A stretch of 64,000 bases of DNA from Planctomycetota bacterium. Its GTDB lineage: Bacteria > Planctomycetota > B15-G4. Where the stretch lies: assembly GCA_965248575.1 (NCBI GenBank), contig CBDFJQ010000002.1:288001-352000 (forward strand), in the 5' to 3' direction. The position numbers were made by a program, and so were the translations under genes. A model generated the notes under the pieces. That model saw nothing but the letters and a program-made list of their open reading frames with translations. It made no database searches and was not told the origin of the DNA. This document shows positions 10,399-20,119 of the stretch, piece by piece (the first letter of the stretch is position 1; each line of letters starts with the position of its first letter).

Positions 10399-11576
10399 AC
10401 ACAGGAGACTGGAAACGGCCCGAGCAGGATGCGGAACCTGATGACGCTCCTCCCACCGACGTCGAGTTGGAAGAGCTCTGGAATCCAGAGACCGCCGCGG
10501 AGGACGTGCGCTCCATCGAAGATCGCTTACGACCTCTGGCCCTGAAGGAACGGGCGTGGGGCCAGCAGGGTCGAGAGCTGCTTGCTTCAAGCGCTGACGG
10601 GTCGCCAACCGGCCAGCAGGAGCCGCCGGAAGAATCATGGGAGGAGCGGGGGCGATCCCCGGTCTGGAAGGCTGGCGGCAATGGTTTCGTGCGCGTCGTG
10701 TCGATGCTCGCTGCGGTCCTGCTCGTGGTGCTCTTCTTGAGCGACGCCCTGGACTGGTGGCCGACCGGAGGTGATGCCGGAAGGGATGCCGAGTCCGCCT
10801 ACGTTGTCGAGGCCTTGGATGGAGCTGCTCAGGTCCAACGGCGTGGGACCATCCATACGGCAGAGCGCTTCGCGCTGGAGGCAGGTGATCGCGTGGTGTG
10901 TGATGAGCTGAGCAGCGCGCGCCTGAACGTTGCCCATGCCGGTTGGTTGCGCATGGAAGCAGGCACCGCCTTGCGTGTGGACTCGGAGCCCCGGGGAGCT
11001 GGTGACGGCTGGCGTCTCTATCTGGAACGCGGGCAGGTCACCGCGAGCATCTTCGCAGCGCCCCGCTTGTTCCAGGTGGGGACCCCTTCGGGCATTGCCG
11101 TGGATCTGGGTTGCGCCTACACGGCGAGCGTGGGGGATTCGGGGGAGACCGTATTGACGGTGCGCGGGGGCCAGGTGTCCTTCGAAACTGCGCTTCGGAA
11201 GGTGTTCGTGCCCGAAGGTGCGCGCGTCGTGGCCTGGCCTGGCAAGGGGCCAGGGACGCCGGTCTGGGAGGATGCTTCGGCACCCTTGCGTCGGGCATTC
11301 GAGTGGCTCGATGGCTTGGCCGAGACGCCGGCAGCAGAGCTGGATTCCCTGGAATCCCAGTCGGCTCTCTCGGAGTTGAGCGGCATCCATGAGGCCCGGC
11401 ACAGCCTGTCCTTGTGGCACCTGCTCAAGCATCCGCATCCGCAGGTGGCGCGCTCCGTGATGAAGGCTCTGCTCGCCTTGTGCCCCCCTGCAGGCGACGT
11501 CGATCTGATGGCATTGCAGGCCTTGGAGCCCTTGGCCCTCGCGGATTGGCGGACACAGCTCGAAGCAGGCTGGTAG
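10395..11576 (+). CDS. FecR-domain anti-sigma factor (single TM)
   Basis: ATGA overlap with the sigma factor; TM helix; LERG...F.V.TP.G.AVDLG...V..G.V FecR pattern; helical C-terminus. Confidence 0.85.
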   Translation: MNTGDWKRPEQDAEPDDAPPTDVELEELWNPETAAEDVRSIEDRLRPLALKERAWGQQGRELLASSADGSPTGQQEPPEESWEERGRSPVWKAGGNGFVRVVSMLAAVLLVVLFLSDALDWWPTGGDAGRDAESAYVVEALDGAAQVQRRGTIHTAERFALEAGDRVVCDELSSARLNVAHAGWLRMEAGTALRVDSEPRGAGDGWRLYLERGQVTASIFAAPRLFQVGTPSGIAVDLGCAYTASVGDSGETVLTVRGGQVSFETALRKVFVPEGARVVAWPGKGPGTPVWEDASAPLRRAFEWLDGLAETPAAELDSLESQSALSELSGIHEARHSLSLWHLLKHPHPQVARSVMKALLALCPPAGDVDLMALQALEPLALADWRTQLEAGW

Positions 11577-11598
11577 ATCGGTTCTTGAGGCGCTCCTC

Positions 11599-11626
11599 GC
11601 CGTTCTCAGCCGTTCTCAGCCGTTCT
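11599..11626. repeat. short tandem repeat (GCCGTTCTCA, about 2.8 copies)
   Basis: gccgttctca gccgttctca gccgttct in the intergenic region. Confidence 0.7.
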
Positions 11627-11776
11627 GGTGCCCCCTTCGTTTGGGGGCGGGCCGGGTCAGCGGTGGGGGCGATGGCCGGCTCTCATCCCCGGCTGTGGGG
11701 CTGGGGTAGACTTCTCGGAGCCGCCGCAGTTGCTCGCTGCGCGTCGGCCTTGCCCTGTGCGTCGGACCCAGCTGCC

Positions 11777-13102
11777 ATGAGATGGACCTGCCTTGCCTCT
11801 GCCCTGCTTCTCGCCGCGCCCCTCTGGGGGCAGGTCCCCGTGGGAGAACCCTTCCCGCTCGCCTCGGAGACCGTCGTCAACCTAGGGCTCTCCTGGCAGG
11901 ACGAGTGGGCCAATGTGGCGATGAATCCCGACGGTTCGGGCTACTCCGTCGCGTGGAATGATGAGGCCGACCGCACGATTCGCGCGCGCTTCTTCCAAGC
12001 AGACGGAACGCCGCTGACCGGGGACGTCTTCGTCAACCCGACCTTCAATTCGGGTCGCCAGGATGAGCCCATGAGCGCGAGCGACGCGCTTGGCAATGTG
12101 TTCATCTGTTGGTCCGATCGCGACGCCAACGACGGCAGCGGCATGGGAACCTTCGGTCGCGTGCTGACCCTCGACGGGACGCCGCTTGGCCCCGATTTCA
12201 TCATCAACAACACGACCATCAACTCCCAATGGGAGCCCATGCCCGCACCCTTGCCCGGCGGCGGCTGGGTTGTCGCCTTCAATGGTGACAACGACGGGGA
12301 TGCCTACCTGCGATTCGTCGATGTGGGCGGGACGCCGCTGGGCAGTGATGTCCAGATCAACACGTTCGACAACAACGGGCAGACCGAGGCTGAGGTGCGC
12401 GCCCTTCCGGACGGCACCATCATGGCCGTCTTCGCTGACTTCGGCGGAAACGTCTTCCCCTTCATGGGGACCAATCTCTTCGGCCGGCGCTTCAACACCT
12501 CGGGTGTTCCTTTGGATGTGGATGTGTTCCCCATCCACGAGTCGACAACCGCCTTTGATCAACTCGAACCGCGCATGGCCAACAGCGACGACGCCTTCGT
12601 CATCGTCTGGGAGGACCGAGGCAATGACGGCAGCGGGTCGGGCGTTTGGGCGCGCCGCTTCGATGCTTCTGCCACGCCCCTGGAGCCGGAGTTTCGGGTC
12701 AACTTGATCATTTCAGGCAACCAGTTCCTGCCTGAGGTCGCCAGCACGGCCAACGGCGAGTTCGTGGTCTGTTGGGAGGAGTGGTCGTCGGGTGTGAGTC
12801 GCATCCGCGCCCGGGCTTTCGACTCGTCGGGCCAGCCCATGGGCTTCGGGTTCTGGGTCAGCGAAAGCACAGCGGGGGGCTACCGCCGTCCGACAGTGGC
12901 CATGTCTGCGGACGGGACACGGGTCATCTTTGCCTACGGGGGCCCCGGCACGGGGGGCTCGAACAGCGAGGACATCTACGTCCGGCAGTTCGCCTGGGCG
13001 TTCGTGAAGGAGGGCCTGGGTGGCTCCAGGCCTGTCAGGAAGGCAGCGCCCGGCCCGCCAACATCAGCGCCGCCTGCGGGGTCTAGTGCAATCCTGAAGT
13101 GA
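11777..13102 (+). CDS. secreted beta-propeller-like repeat protein
   Basis: Signal peptide; about 7 repeats of F.VN....Q..P.......F...W......G...R.F...G.P. Confidence 0.8.
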   Translation: MRWTCLASALLLAAPLWGQVPVGEPFPLASETVVNLGLSWQDEWANVAMNPDGSGYSVAWNDEADRTIRARFFQADGTPLTGDVFVNPTFNSGRQDEPMSASDALGNVFICWSDRDANDGSGMGTFGRVLTLDGTPLGPDFIINNTTINSQWEPMPAPLPGGGWVVAFNGDNDGDAYLRFVDVGGTPLGSDVQINTFDNNGQTEAEVRALPDGTIMAVFADFGGNVFPFMGTNLFGRRFNTSGVPLDVDVFPIHESTTAFDQLEPRMANSDDAFVIVWEDRGNDGSGSGVWARRFDASATPLEPEFRVNLIISGNQFLPEVASTANGEFVVCWEEWSSGVSRIRARAFDSSGQPMGFGFWVSESTAGGYRRPTVAMSADGTRVIFAYGGPGTGGSNSEDIYVRQFAWAFVKEGLGGSRPVRKAAPGPPTSAPPAGSSAILK

Positions 13103-13910
13103 TGCCGGGGCCAGCCTCAGGCTCCTCGGTGGTCTCAGTCGTGGCCGCTTCGGCATCTGGCAGGTAGGCCAGGAAGACACGCCGCACGTCGGCCATGTGT
13201 GCGTCGAGTGTGTCGACCTCCCAATGGCTCGTGGCGATGGGTGGCAGCACGTCGACGCGGAGCGTTCCGCTGCGGGCCACGAAGCTCCCCGTGGGGAGCA
13301 GCGTGCGAACACCACGCATGATCAGGACGACGAGCGGCAAGCCGGTGTCGAGGGCCACGTGGAAAGGGCCTCGCTTGAAGGCGATCAGTCCGGACTTGCG
13401 AGAACGAGAGCCTTCCGGAGCAACCAACAGCAATTCGCCTCGCTCGCACACTCGACGGCCCGCCGCTCTCATGCTCTCGACGGCGCGCTCGCGGTCGGAG
13501 CGGTCCACGGGGATGAGGTCGAGATGCTTCATGAGCCGCCCGATGATGGGCACCTTGTGGAACTCCTTCTTGTAGATCACCACGCTCCGGTCCGACCAGA
13601 GCGAGGACATGATGAACAGGTCCAGCAGGCTCTGGTGGTTGAAGAGGACGAGGTGTCCACCATCCTGCTCAAGATGTTCCGTGCCATGCGTCTCGAGCCG
13701 GACCCCGCACAGGAACAGGCCGGTGCGCCCCCAGCAACGGAGGAGACGCGAGCGCGACCGCCGGAACTGAGAGGGCCAGCAGAGCGCCAGCAACAGCATG
13801 AAGCCCGCGATGCCGAAGGTGCACAGGATCGCCGGGATGAAACACACGATGCCGTGCAACCGGCTGCCGGGTTGCGGGTCCCAGCTTTCGTGAGTGCCGG
13901 TTTCGACCAT
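13083..13910 (-). CDS. plsC: 1-acyl-sn-glycerol-3-phosphate acyltransferase
   Basis: NHQSLLD, VDRS, PEGSRS and FKRGPF motifs. Confidence 0.88.
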   Translation of the reverse strand: MVETGTHESWDPQPGSRLHGIVCFIPAILCTFGIAGFMLLLALCWPSQFRRSRSRLLRCWGRTGLFLCGVRLETHGTEHLEQDGGHLVLFNHQSLLDLFIMSSLWSDRSVVIYKKEFHKVPIIGRLMKHLDLIPVDRSDRERAVESMRAAGRRVCERGELLLVAPEGSRSRKSGLIAFKRGPFHVALDTGLPLVVLIMRGVRTLLPTGSFVARSGTLRVDVLPPIATSHWEVDTLDAHMADVRRVFLAYLPDAEAATTETTEEPEAGPGITSGLH

Positions 13911-13955
13911 GGTCTGTGATGGGGGACTCGTGGAAGGGTGTGGGGCGCCTGGGGT

Positions 13956-14375
13956 CTAGTGCTGCGAGATGGCGACCGGCAGGAAGTCCTCGTCGACGGC
14001 CACCATGGTGACCTGCGCCTCTGTCACCAGGATCGGGACTCCTTGGCACATGCGTCGTTCTGCAAAGACGGTGACCTTCATGGTGATCGACGAGGTGCCC
14101 ACGCGCAGGGTGTCCACGAAGATCGTCATGACGTCACCGACGAAGACCGGCTTCTTGAACTCGACCTTGTCCATGGCCACGGTGACGATGGTGCCCGCAT
14201 GGTGGCGCCGGGCGCCGATGGCGGCTGCGAGGTCAATGTCCGACAGGATGGCGCCGCCAAAGATGGTTCCCATGGCATTGGTGTCCTGGGGCACCATCAC
14301 GCGGCGAATAGCCGGCATCTGGTCGGTGGGGAAGGGCGGAGCTTGGGGCTCCTCGGGACAGTCGTCAGGGCACAT
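13956..14375 (-). CDS. acyl-CoA thioesterase (YciA-like hotdog fold)
   Basis: MPQDTNAMGTIFGG..LS.ID, F.KPV.VGD and VAVD motifs. Confidence 0.9.
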   Translation of the reverse strand: MCPDDCPEEPQAPPFPTDQMPAIRRVMVPQDTNAMGTIFGGAILSDIDLAAAIGARRHHAGTIVTVAMDKVEFKKPVFVGDVMTIFVDTLRVGTSSITMKVTVFAERRMCQGVPILVTEAQVTMVAVDEDFLPVAISQH

Positions 14376-14507
14376 GGGCAAGGTCTGCTGGGGATTTGAG
14401 GGCGTTCAGAGGCAGCGCGCGTGCTGGTTCGGCCCTGTGCGATGTCAGTGTACGATCTGGGTTGCGGTCGACGTCCCAGGAGAGCTTGGCTCCGGAGGTC
14501 AGATTCC

Positions 14508-15959
14508 ATGCGTGAAGGTCACCTGTCCAGAACACCCTCTCCACTCGCACGCGGTGCAGGGGGCCCGATCCGGCGCCCTGGGCGCGCGGCCATGGCTCAG
14601 GTCGTCCTCGCGTCGGGTCTGTTGGCGTGGGGGACCGCAGGCCGCGTGGCAGCAAGCTCCGCCCCGGATCCCAATCTGGCACTGGCCGGGCCGCCTGCCG
14701 TCGCGCCCCAGAACCAGGCGGCAGCCCCGCGCAGCGGTCCCGACGACACTGAAACTCGTGAGCGGCTCTTGAAGCTCGTGAGCGGCCAGGTGCTGCGAGG
14801 ATCCTCCAGGAAGGTCGACGGCCAGTGGGAGATCCGGCAGAGAAAGGGCTGGACCCGGCTTCCAGAACAGATGGTGGCTACGAGCTTCTTGGAGCGGGAG
14901 GTCCTGCGAGAGCAGAAGCAGCGTCGAGCTTCGGTGGGTCGCAACGACATGGATGCCTGGCTTGGAGTGGCGGCCTGGGAGCTGGACGCAGGCCTGTACG
15001 ACGAAGGCTTGCGGGACCTCGACCGTGTGCTGGAAGACGACCCCGACCACATGGGGGCGCTGCTGCTGCTGGCGAACCCCCGACTGCCCTTCGGGCTGCC
15101 ACGGGGCGAGGACGGCGGGCCGGCGAGCCTCAGCACCCTGCTCGACTACGGGGGACAGGCTCCGCGCGCGATCCAGGAGCTGGTTGTCCGTGAGCTGTCC
15201 CACCGGAAAGGGAGCGAGCTGCAGCAATCGCTCATGAAGAAAGAGCTCAGCCGGCGCCTCCGCTCACCCAAGCCCAGCCAGCGTGTCTTTGCCACCTTGG
15301 CCTGCCGACGCCTGTTCCCGACTGGCCTGGCGCTGCAGGAGTTGCTGCGCCGATCCCTGGTGGACCCCTCGGCGGATGTGCGCACCGGCGCAGCCCTCGC
15401 CCTGCGAGACACCGGTGAGGAGGGCCTGATGCTGCCCCTCGTCCGCGCCCTGGAGAGTTCGTCCTCGGTGCTGCGGACGCACGCCGCCCGCAGTCTGGGG
15501 ACCATGGGGTTCGCCGCAGCCGTCGCACCCTTGGCCACCCGGCTTGCCACGTTGCGTACTGCTGCTGGTGGGGATGGTTGGACAGCCCCTGCCAGCCACA
15601 TCTTCGTGGGACGTCAAATCGCCTTCGTGCAGGACTTCGAACCGGAGGTCGCCACGAGCGCCGTGATCGCGAAGCCCCAAATCGGCGTCGCGATGGAAGG
15701 GGCCACCCTCGATGTGAGGGTGTTCGGCATCGGCGGCATGGGCGGCGGCGGGTCGTCCCTCAGCTACAGCCATGCCACCGAGACCAAGGCCCTGCGCCGT
15801 GCGCTGAGCCATATCACCCGGGCGGAGGTTCGGGACACCAACACGGCCTGGTCCCAGTGGTGGGACAGCCATGGCAACGACTGGATGGCGCGCCATCTCC
15901 CGGATCGCGAGCTCGAGAGCGGCACGACGGTGAGCGATGCGAGTGTCAGCCGGGGCTGA
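14508..15959 (+). CDS. exported HEAT-repeat protein
   Basis: GGAGG before ATG 14508; D.SADVR..AA.AL and LR..AARSLG HEAT repeats; W..WW end motif. Confidence 0.75.
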   Translation: MREGHLSRTPSPLARGAGGPIRRPGRAAMAQVVLASGLLAWGTAGRVAASSAPDPNLALAGPPAVAPQNQAAAPRSGPDDTETRERLLKLVSGQVLRGSSRKVDGQWEIRQRKGWTRLPEQMVATSFLEREVLREQKQRRASVGRNDMDAWLGVAAWELDAGLYDEGLRDLDRVLEDDPDHMGALLLLANPRLPFGLPRGEDGGPASLSTLLDYGGQAPRAIQELVVRELSHRKGSELQQSLMKKELSRRLRSPKPSQRVFATLACRRLFPTGLALQELLRRSLVDPSADVRTGAALALRDTGEEGLMLPLVRALESSSSVLRTHAARSLGTMGFAAAVAPLATRLATLRTAAGGDGWTAPASHIFVGRQIAFVQDFEPEVATSAVIAKPQIGVAMEGATLDVRVFGIGGMGGGGSSLSYSHATETKALRRALSHITRAEVRDTNTAWSQWWDSHGNDWMARHLPDRELESGTTVSDASVSRG

Positions 15960-15983
15960 GACCCGGACAAGCATCAGCCGCGG

Positions 15984-18026
15984 TTAGTGGTACTCGCGGT
16001 GCACCTCGGGGAAGCAGCTCTGCCAGTTGATCTTGCCATCTTCGAAATCGGTCAAGAACATGGGCAGGCTGAACGCACCGGCCGCTTCAAGAGTCTTGTA
16101 GATCCGGGGAGCTGAGGCACCCACTTCGGGGCCAAACTCGTCAGCGAGGCGCTTGCCGATCTCATCGACGGTGCGATCACCGTTGGCGAGTTCCATGAAC
16201 CCGCGTGCACCGTCGTCGACGATGATGCCGCAACCGGCGCCGGTTTCGGGGGTCATGAAGAACGCGTACTCGGTCTGCTTTGGCGCCACGGAGGCGAGGC
16301 TGTCGGCGTCCGTCAGGGTGTACAGATCGTCCATGTCGTAACCGAGCGTCTGCAGGTTCACGTCGCCCCCGAGCTTCGGCTTCTCCGAACCAGTCACGCC
16401 CTCGGCATCGCCCAGCTTGGCGGCCGTGACGTCGAAGAACTGATGCAGGCCGGGGTAGGGCATGTTGAAGTACATGTCCTTCACGTCGCCGAAGTGAGCG
16501 GCGGCCCAGGTGCGTGCACGGCGGTAGAAGTGGTACTGGAACTCGGCCTTGAGCGGCCCTGAGACATCGGGGATGCCTGCATAGGTGCACTGCTCGGCCA
16601 CGTAGCGCTCCCACACCGTGGACAGCCCCTCAACCAGTTCAGTGTCGATGTTGTGGGTGCGTAGGTCGGGGATGCGGTCGTGGTAGCCAGCGTCGTGGGC
16701 GATGTGTGCCCACTCTTCGAGGATGTCACCGCCGGGACGCTTGGTCAGGCGCACCATCATGTGCACCAGCCGCTGGATCATGCGGCTCCAGTCGTTGATG
16801 GCTTTGCCGACCAACACCTCGTAGGTCGTCATCCATTTGGTGGAGAGGATCTCGTGGCCGATGTCGGGGTCGTAGTCGATGCCCCACTTGTCGACTTCCT
16901 TCTCCAGCGGCGTGCGCGGGAGGATGGCGAGGTTGAAGGCCTTGATGTCGGCCGGTTCCCGCTCGAAGGCGTAGCTGAGAGTGTTCTTGTAGTCGTCGAC
17001 CTTGTCGCCCGGCAGACCCATGATGATCTCGCAGGAGACCATGACGTTGGGCTTGCCCTTGAGCTTGTCGATCATCGGCGCGACCTTCTCCGGCTTCCAC
17101 ACGCGCTTGATGTTGCGCATGGTCTCCTGGTTGGCGCTCTGGATACCGACGCCGATGAAGGAGCATGCCGTCTGGCTGGCCAGCTCGATCAGGTCCTCGT
17201 TGATGAGCGAGGGGAACACCTCGAACATGTGCAGCGCCTGGATGTCGTACTCGACGATCATGCCCAGGATCGCTTCGGCGCGCTTGCGGCTGTAGTTGAA
17301 GGTGGGGTCCGTGCTCAGCAGGATGCGAGCGCCAGCCTTCTTGAAGTACTCCATCTCGGCGCGAACGCGCTCGAGGGAGAATTCGAAGTAGGGCTGGTTG
17401 CGGCCGTAGTCACAGTAGCTGCAGACGAAGGGGCAGCCACGGGCAGTCTGGTAGCAGGCGCCGCCGCGGATGTCGCACACGTCCAGCACGCCCGTGAGGT
17501 AGGGCGAGGCCAGGCTGTCGAGCTCCTTGCAGTAGGGGCGAGGGGACGGCACGTGGGGTTCGCCATCCTTGCGCTGCGCTAGTCCTGGGATCTCGGTGAT
17601 GGGCTGGTCCTGGATCAGCGCCCGCATCAACTCGCGGAACGTCTCTTCGCCCTCGTTGACCGCCACCCAGTCCACGGCGGAGTTCTGGTCGAGGATGCGT
17701 GCGAAGTGGTAGCTCACTTCGGGCCCACCCAGGATGATCTTCACGTCTGGCTTGAGACGCTTGACCTCTGCGCACACCTTCAGCACATCGGGGGTGTTCC
17801 ACACGTAGCAGCTCAGCCCGATCAGATCCGGGTCATCCTCGAGGATGGCCTTCGCGTTGTAGGTCTCGTCGTGGATCGAGCAGTCGTAGAACTTGTGGAC
17901 GATCTCCGACGACTCTTTGATGAGGTCGTCCGAGATGGCTTGGGCGTGGATGTACCCCAGGGAGAGCATTCGACGCTGGGCCGTGTAGGGCGACGTGAAG
18001 CTGACAGAGGCGAGAACGACCTTCAT
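15984..18026 (-). CDS. cobalamin-binding radical SAM enzyme with C-terminal PqqD-like domain
   Basis: GLSCYVWN, IILGGPEVS and EGEETF (B12 domain); RGCPFVCSYC; GIQS; IMGLPGD. Confidence 0.92.
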   Translation of the reverse strand: MKVVLASVSFTSPYTAQRRMLSLGYIHAQAISDDLIKESSEIVHKFYDCSIHDETYNAKAILEDDPDLIGLSCYVWNTPDVLKVCAEVKRLKPDVKIILGGPEVSYHFARILDQNSAVDWVAVNEGEETFRELMRALIQDQPITEIPGLAQRKDGEPHVPSPRPYCKELDSLASPYLTGVLDVCDIRGGACYQTARGCPFVCSYCDYGRNQPYFEFSLERVRAEMEYFKKAGARILLSTDPTFNYSRKRAEAILGMIVEYDIQALHMFEVFPSLINEDLIELASQTACSFIGVGIQSANQETMRNIKRVWKPEKVAPMIDKLKGKPNVMVSCEIIMGLPGDKVDDYKNTLSYAFEREPADIKAFNLAILPRTPLEKEVDKWGIDYDPDIGHEILSTKWMTTYEVLVGKAINDWSRMIQRLVHMMVRLTKRPGGDILEEWAHIAHDAGYHDRIPDLRTHNIDTELVEGLSTVWERYVAEQCTYAGIPDVSGPLKAEFQYHFYRRARTWAAAHFGDVKDMYFNMPYPGLHQFFDVTAAKLGDAEGVTGSEKPKLGGDVNLQTLGYDMDDLYTLTDADSLASVAPKQTEYAFFMTPETGAGCGIIVDDGARGFMELANGDRTVDEIGKRLADEFGPEVGASAPRIYKTLEAAGAFSLPMFLTDFEDGKINWQSCFPEVHREYH

Positions 18027-18289
18027 ACGACTTGGTCTCCAGAGCGGACCACGATGGAACACACCGAGTTCGTGGTTCCTCTATCGGCAGGGGACTAACT
18101 GACCTACCCGGTTTTTCCCTCACTGCGGGGGAGAAGCGGGAGTCAGTTGGCAGGTGTGGCCGATAGGAGGGTGGCGAGGGGGCTGATTTGGCGGGTCAGT
18201 GTAGCCTGCGTTGCATATCGAGGCTCGTTGTTCTCGCCCGTTGTGTCGGTGCCCAGGCCGCCTTTCACATGGAGTGAAAGGTCAGCTGT

Positions 18290-18751
18290 TCACGCGCCAG
18301 CGATCGGATCGGCGTCCGTCGGCGGCTCCGGATCTTCATCGCTGTCAGTCTGCGCTGGCTCGGCGTTGGCCGGCGAGACCTCGAAACCGCCTTGAATGTT
18401 GGCCCCGCCCTGGATCGCGACTGAGGGGGCTCGGCAGTCGCCCTTCCATCGGGCGGCGGGGCCGATGACCACCGGCCCGCCGCTTTCGACCCGCGCATCG
18501 AGGCTTCCCAGCACCTCCACGCCGCCAGCGGCCTGGACAAATTCGGCGATCACGCTCCCCTTTTTGCTCACACGGAGCCTTCCGCACGTCTGGACGCGGC
18601 TCACGGGAGTGAGTTGCTTGATGATGACGTCCTCTACCACGAGCCTCTGATTGCACTCGGGGCAGTTGGTGGAGGCCGTCCTGGTTCCCACCTCGAAGGC
18701 GTGGGAGCAGTGGTAGCAACTGATGGACTGGAGCGCGGCCCGGGCGGCCAT
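18290..18751 (-). CDS. bactofilin-family protein with N-terminal zinc ribbon
   Basis: CYHC...CPEC followed by beta-helix repeats ending GA.I.GGF. Confidence 0.8.
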   Translation of the reverse strand: MAARAALQSISCYHCSHAFEVGTRTASTNCPECNQRLVVEDVIIKQLTPVSRVQTCGRLRVSKKGSVIAEFVQAAGGVEVLGSLDARVESGGPVVIGPAARWKGDCRAPSVAIQGGANIQGGFEVSPANAEPAQTDSDEDPEPPTDADPIAGA

Positions 18752-18775
18752 GGGGAGGGAGTGAGCGCCGGGGGC

Positions 18776-19228
18776 TTACTTCCCCCGAGCGGGCTCGGGC
18801 TGGCGGGTGGCCGTCGCAGGCTTGCTTGATCCAGCGTTGGCTGAAGCTGATGCGGAACTGGTCGCGGAACCGGTCGCGCCACCGGCTGCCTTGACGGCCT
18901 CGGGGCCCACGGCGCACTTCCCGAAGAACGAAGCCCCTTCGGCCATGACCATCTTGCCCGCCACGATGTCGCCCTTGACCACACCGCTGGCGTTGAGCTG
19001 GACCGTGTCCCGGGCCAGCACGTTGCCGTCCACGATGCCATCGATGACCACCCGGCCAGCATCCACCTGCGCCTTGCAGGCGGCGCCCTTGGCCACCTGA
19101 AGCTCGCCCTCGCCGGTCACGCTGCCGTCGATCGTGCCCACCACGCGAATCGTCTTCTGGAAGGTCAGTTCGCCTTTGATGTGGGTGTCGGCGCCAATCA
19201 CGGTGGCATCGTTCGAGGTGTCGGCCAT
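18776..19228 (-). CDS. bactofilin (polymer-forming cytoskeletal protein)
   Basis: TVIG....IKGEL, V.IDG.V.GNV and V.GDI.A..M.MAEGA.F.G patterns. Confidence 0.92.
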   Translation of the reverse strand: MADTSNDATVIGADTHIKGELTFQKTIRVVGTIDGSVTGEGELQVAKGAACKAQVDAGRVVIDGIVDGNVLARDTVQLNASGVVKGDIVAGKMVMAEGASFFGKCAVGPEAVKAAGGATGSATSSASASANAGSSKPATATRQPEPARGK

Positions 19229-19350
19229 GGGTTCTCCTGTCGTGTCAGATTCACGGGGTGAGGCCCCCGGATCTCCCGCTGCAGCGCCTGCAGCAGGGGG
19301 GGCGATGGAACCCCGGCGAGCCTACCCAATCGAAGGGGCCGGTCCGACTC

Positions 19351-19986
19351 TCAGCCTTGACGAATGCCCTCAAGACTCAGGGTGAATCGGATCTCGTCCC
19401 CGAGCTTGTCGAGCATCACGTCCATTCCGTAGTCGGAGCGTTGGATGGCGAAGGAGGCCTCCAGCCCGATGCGGTAGTCGCCGAAGGCCGTCTTGCCCGC
19501 GCCCACCAGCCGGGCCTCGAACTGGATCTCCTTGCTGACCCCGTGCAGCGTGAGCTGCCCGCTGACCTCCCAGACTCCGCGCTCACCACCACGGATGGCG
19601 GTGCTTTGAAAGCCCATCAGGGGGTGGTTGGCGACATCGAGGAAATCAGGGCCCAGCACGTGATCGTCCCTCCCCTTGCTGGCGGTGTCGATGCTGCCGG
19701 GATCGATGCTCACCTTGATCGAGCAATTCTCGGCCTTTTCCATGTCCAGCACGACCTCACCGGAGGTGCTGTTGAAGCGCCCATAGAAGTTGGCGACGCC
19801 CAGGTGTCGGATCCCGAAGAATGAGGTCGAGTGGGCGCCGTCCACGGTGTAGGTGGCGGACTCCGCCTCGATGACCTCTTGCGCGACGCTGGGAGGAACC
19901 AGGGCTGCGGGCGCGGGGGCATTCCAGAGCCCTGCGACGGCAGTGGCGAGGAGGAGCGCGGGGGCGAGCAGGGAACGGGCGGGCAT
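19351..19986 (-). CDS. YceI family lipid/polyisoprenoid-binding protein
   Basis: Signal peptide; YTVD.AHS..F.IRHLG....GRF, RDDH...DFLD, G.LTLHGV.K and RSDYG motifs. Confidence 0.92.
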   Translation of the reverse strand: MPARSLLAPALLLATAVAGLWNAPAPAALVPPSVAQEVIEAESATYTVDGAHSTSFFGIRHLGVANFYGRFNSTSGEVVLDMEKAENCSIKVSIDPGSIDTASKGRDDHVLGPDFLDVANHPLMGFQSTAIRGGERGVWEVSGQLTLHGVSKEIQFEARLVGAGKTAFGDYRIGLEASFAIQRSDYGMDVMLDKLGDEIRFTLSLEGIRQG

Positions 19987-20119
19987 GGCTATCTCGGGAG
20001 GGAGGAGGGGGGGCACTGGAGAGCTTGTCGAGCGCCCAGAAGAGCGCCCAGTCGAGCCCCAAGATGTAGGCAGCTGGCCGCCCTCATGCAAGGAATCGGC
20101 CCATGCTGGTGCCGTGCCG

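Noticed and set aside
18261..18281. Hairpin CCTTTCAC/GTGAAAGG after the bactofilin genes as a terminator
   Set aside because: No U tract on the transcribed (-) strand; not supportable as an intrinsic terminator.
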